Part shown: piece by piece, positions 63,159-64,000 of the stretch
How positions within the stretch are numbered: position 1 is the stretch's first letter
Layout: each line of letters begins with the position of its first letter
NCBI RefSeq assembly: GCF_011745625.1
Contig: NW_027191457.1
Coordinates: 434,001 to 498,000 of the forward strand
Direction: 5' to 3'
Length of the DNA stretch: 64,000 bases
Source of the DNA: Cladosporium halotolerans
Lineage: Eukaryota
Position numbers and translations under genes: made by a program
Notes under the pieces: generated by a model
What the model was told of the DNA's origin: nothing
Database searches by the model: none
What the model saw: the letters and a program-made list of their open reading frames with translations, nothing else

Positions 63159-64000
63159 TATTGCAGAATAATCGACGACGGAGAGGGTGATAGGCGCGGT
63201 GAGTGAGGGGAACGGGAATAGGTCAATTGGCCGCGCCGTATCTGCCGTCCCTTAGTGCCGCCGTCCCTGCGCGACGACGGCGAGGGGACAATAATGGTGA
63301 CATGTGTGTCGCAGATTCGGGTCGCCCGCAGGACCCCAGGCGTTCGTGTGCCCGCGGACGTATACCTGCTCCCTCTTATGTACAAGGTCTGCGGAGGCCA
63401 AATGGTTCAATGGGCGTGACAAGGGACAAGCGAGCCCCCGCGAGTCTGCGCCAACCGCCTCTCCTCGACTTCTATTGCTGTAGGCGAACGGCTACAGACA
63501 TACGCGGGCCGGCAGTAATCGCGCGCGAGACCTTCACGGCTACCACCCGCCCACGCTCAGGCGTGTCCTCATGCACGCGCCGCCGCATCGAGTCAAGCAG
63601 CGAACGAGTTCCCCGACTCCTTGTGCGCTTGGGCGTGGGACGCAGCGTAATCCTTGGGTGTCGTTTCACGGGATGGGCGGAGAGGGACTAAGGGCGCTAG
63701 GCCTCTGCGCTTCTCCACTCGCGGTGGTGTGCGGGATGTATGTAAGTACAGTACTGACGCGGTATGCGAGGCGTGTGCGACGTCTGGCTGAACCGCTGTA
63801 GCTTCCAGCTGCCTAAGTCACTGGACGGTCGTTTCTTTACGCTGGTGGAGAGGCGGAGTAGCGTGCGGACTAATAACAATAATAATGCGCCCGCTATACA
63901 TACAAAGCCGTACAACCATCCCACTCGCGAACCCCACTTTTCGACCGACGTTTCCGCGAGGAAAAAGTAGGCGTGTATCATCACGTACACCACCCCCTAC

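Overview
Gene-dense, GC-rich region of a filamentous ascomycete genome. It has short GT-AG introns with CTRAC branch points; a Dothideomycete origin is only an impression from gene style. I can support about 26 protein-coding genes, many spliced and so split or mis-started in the ORF track. In order: a TcuA/CobZ-like flavoprotein running off the left edge, Gac1-like PP1 glycogen-targeting subunit, BolA3, Rmd1-like, Alg8, GH47 mannosidase, a divergent Gfa / class III ADH formaldehyde-detoxification pair beside a Zn2Cys6 regulator, a secreted Thr-rich protein, a DSGL-type laccase, a lysine-methyltransferase-like protein, an extended thioredoxin, epsin, Csn6, Mdp1, phospholipase B, a RING-ZZ-SH3 protein, a Clr5-ankyrin protein, an HSL-type hydrolase, PHF5A/Rds3, an F-box-like/TPR protein, an unknown secreted protein, a GH32 enzyme and squalene epoxidase (ERG1), plus two weak hypothetical ORFs. 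Best leads: (1) the gfa/ADH3/Zn2Cys6 module with two dyad elements in its 304-bp bidirectional promoter; (2) a 189-bp MITE with perfect 28-bp TIRs and TA duplication upstream of ERG1; (3) repeated local C-rich to G-rich strand-skew flips that ignore gene orientation; (4) a thioredoxin with an SHP-box-like motif and SelK-like tail; (5) a 7-kb gene-free leader of the Gac1-like gene with splice signals and a uORF. All family calls rest on motif recognition, not database searches. No tRNA, rRNA or CRISPR array was seen.
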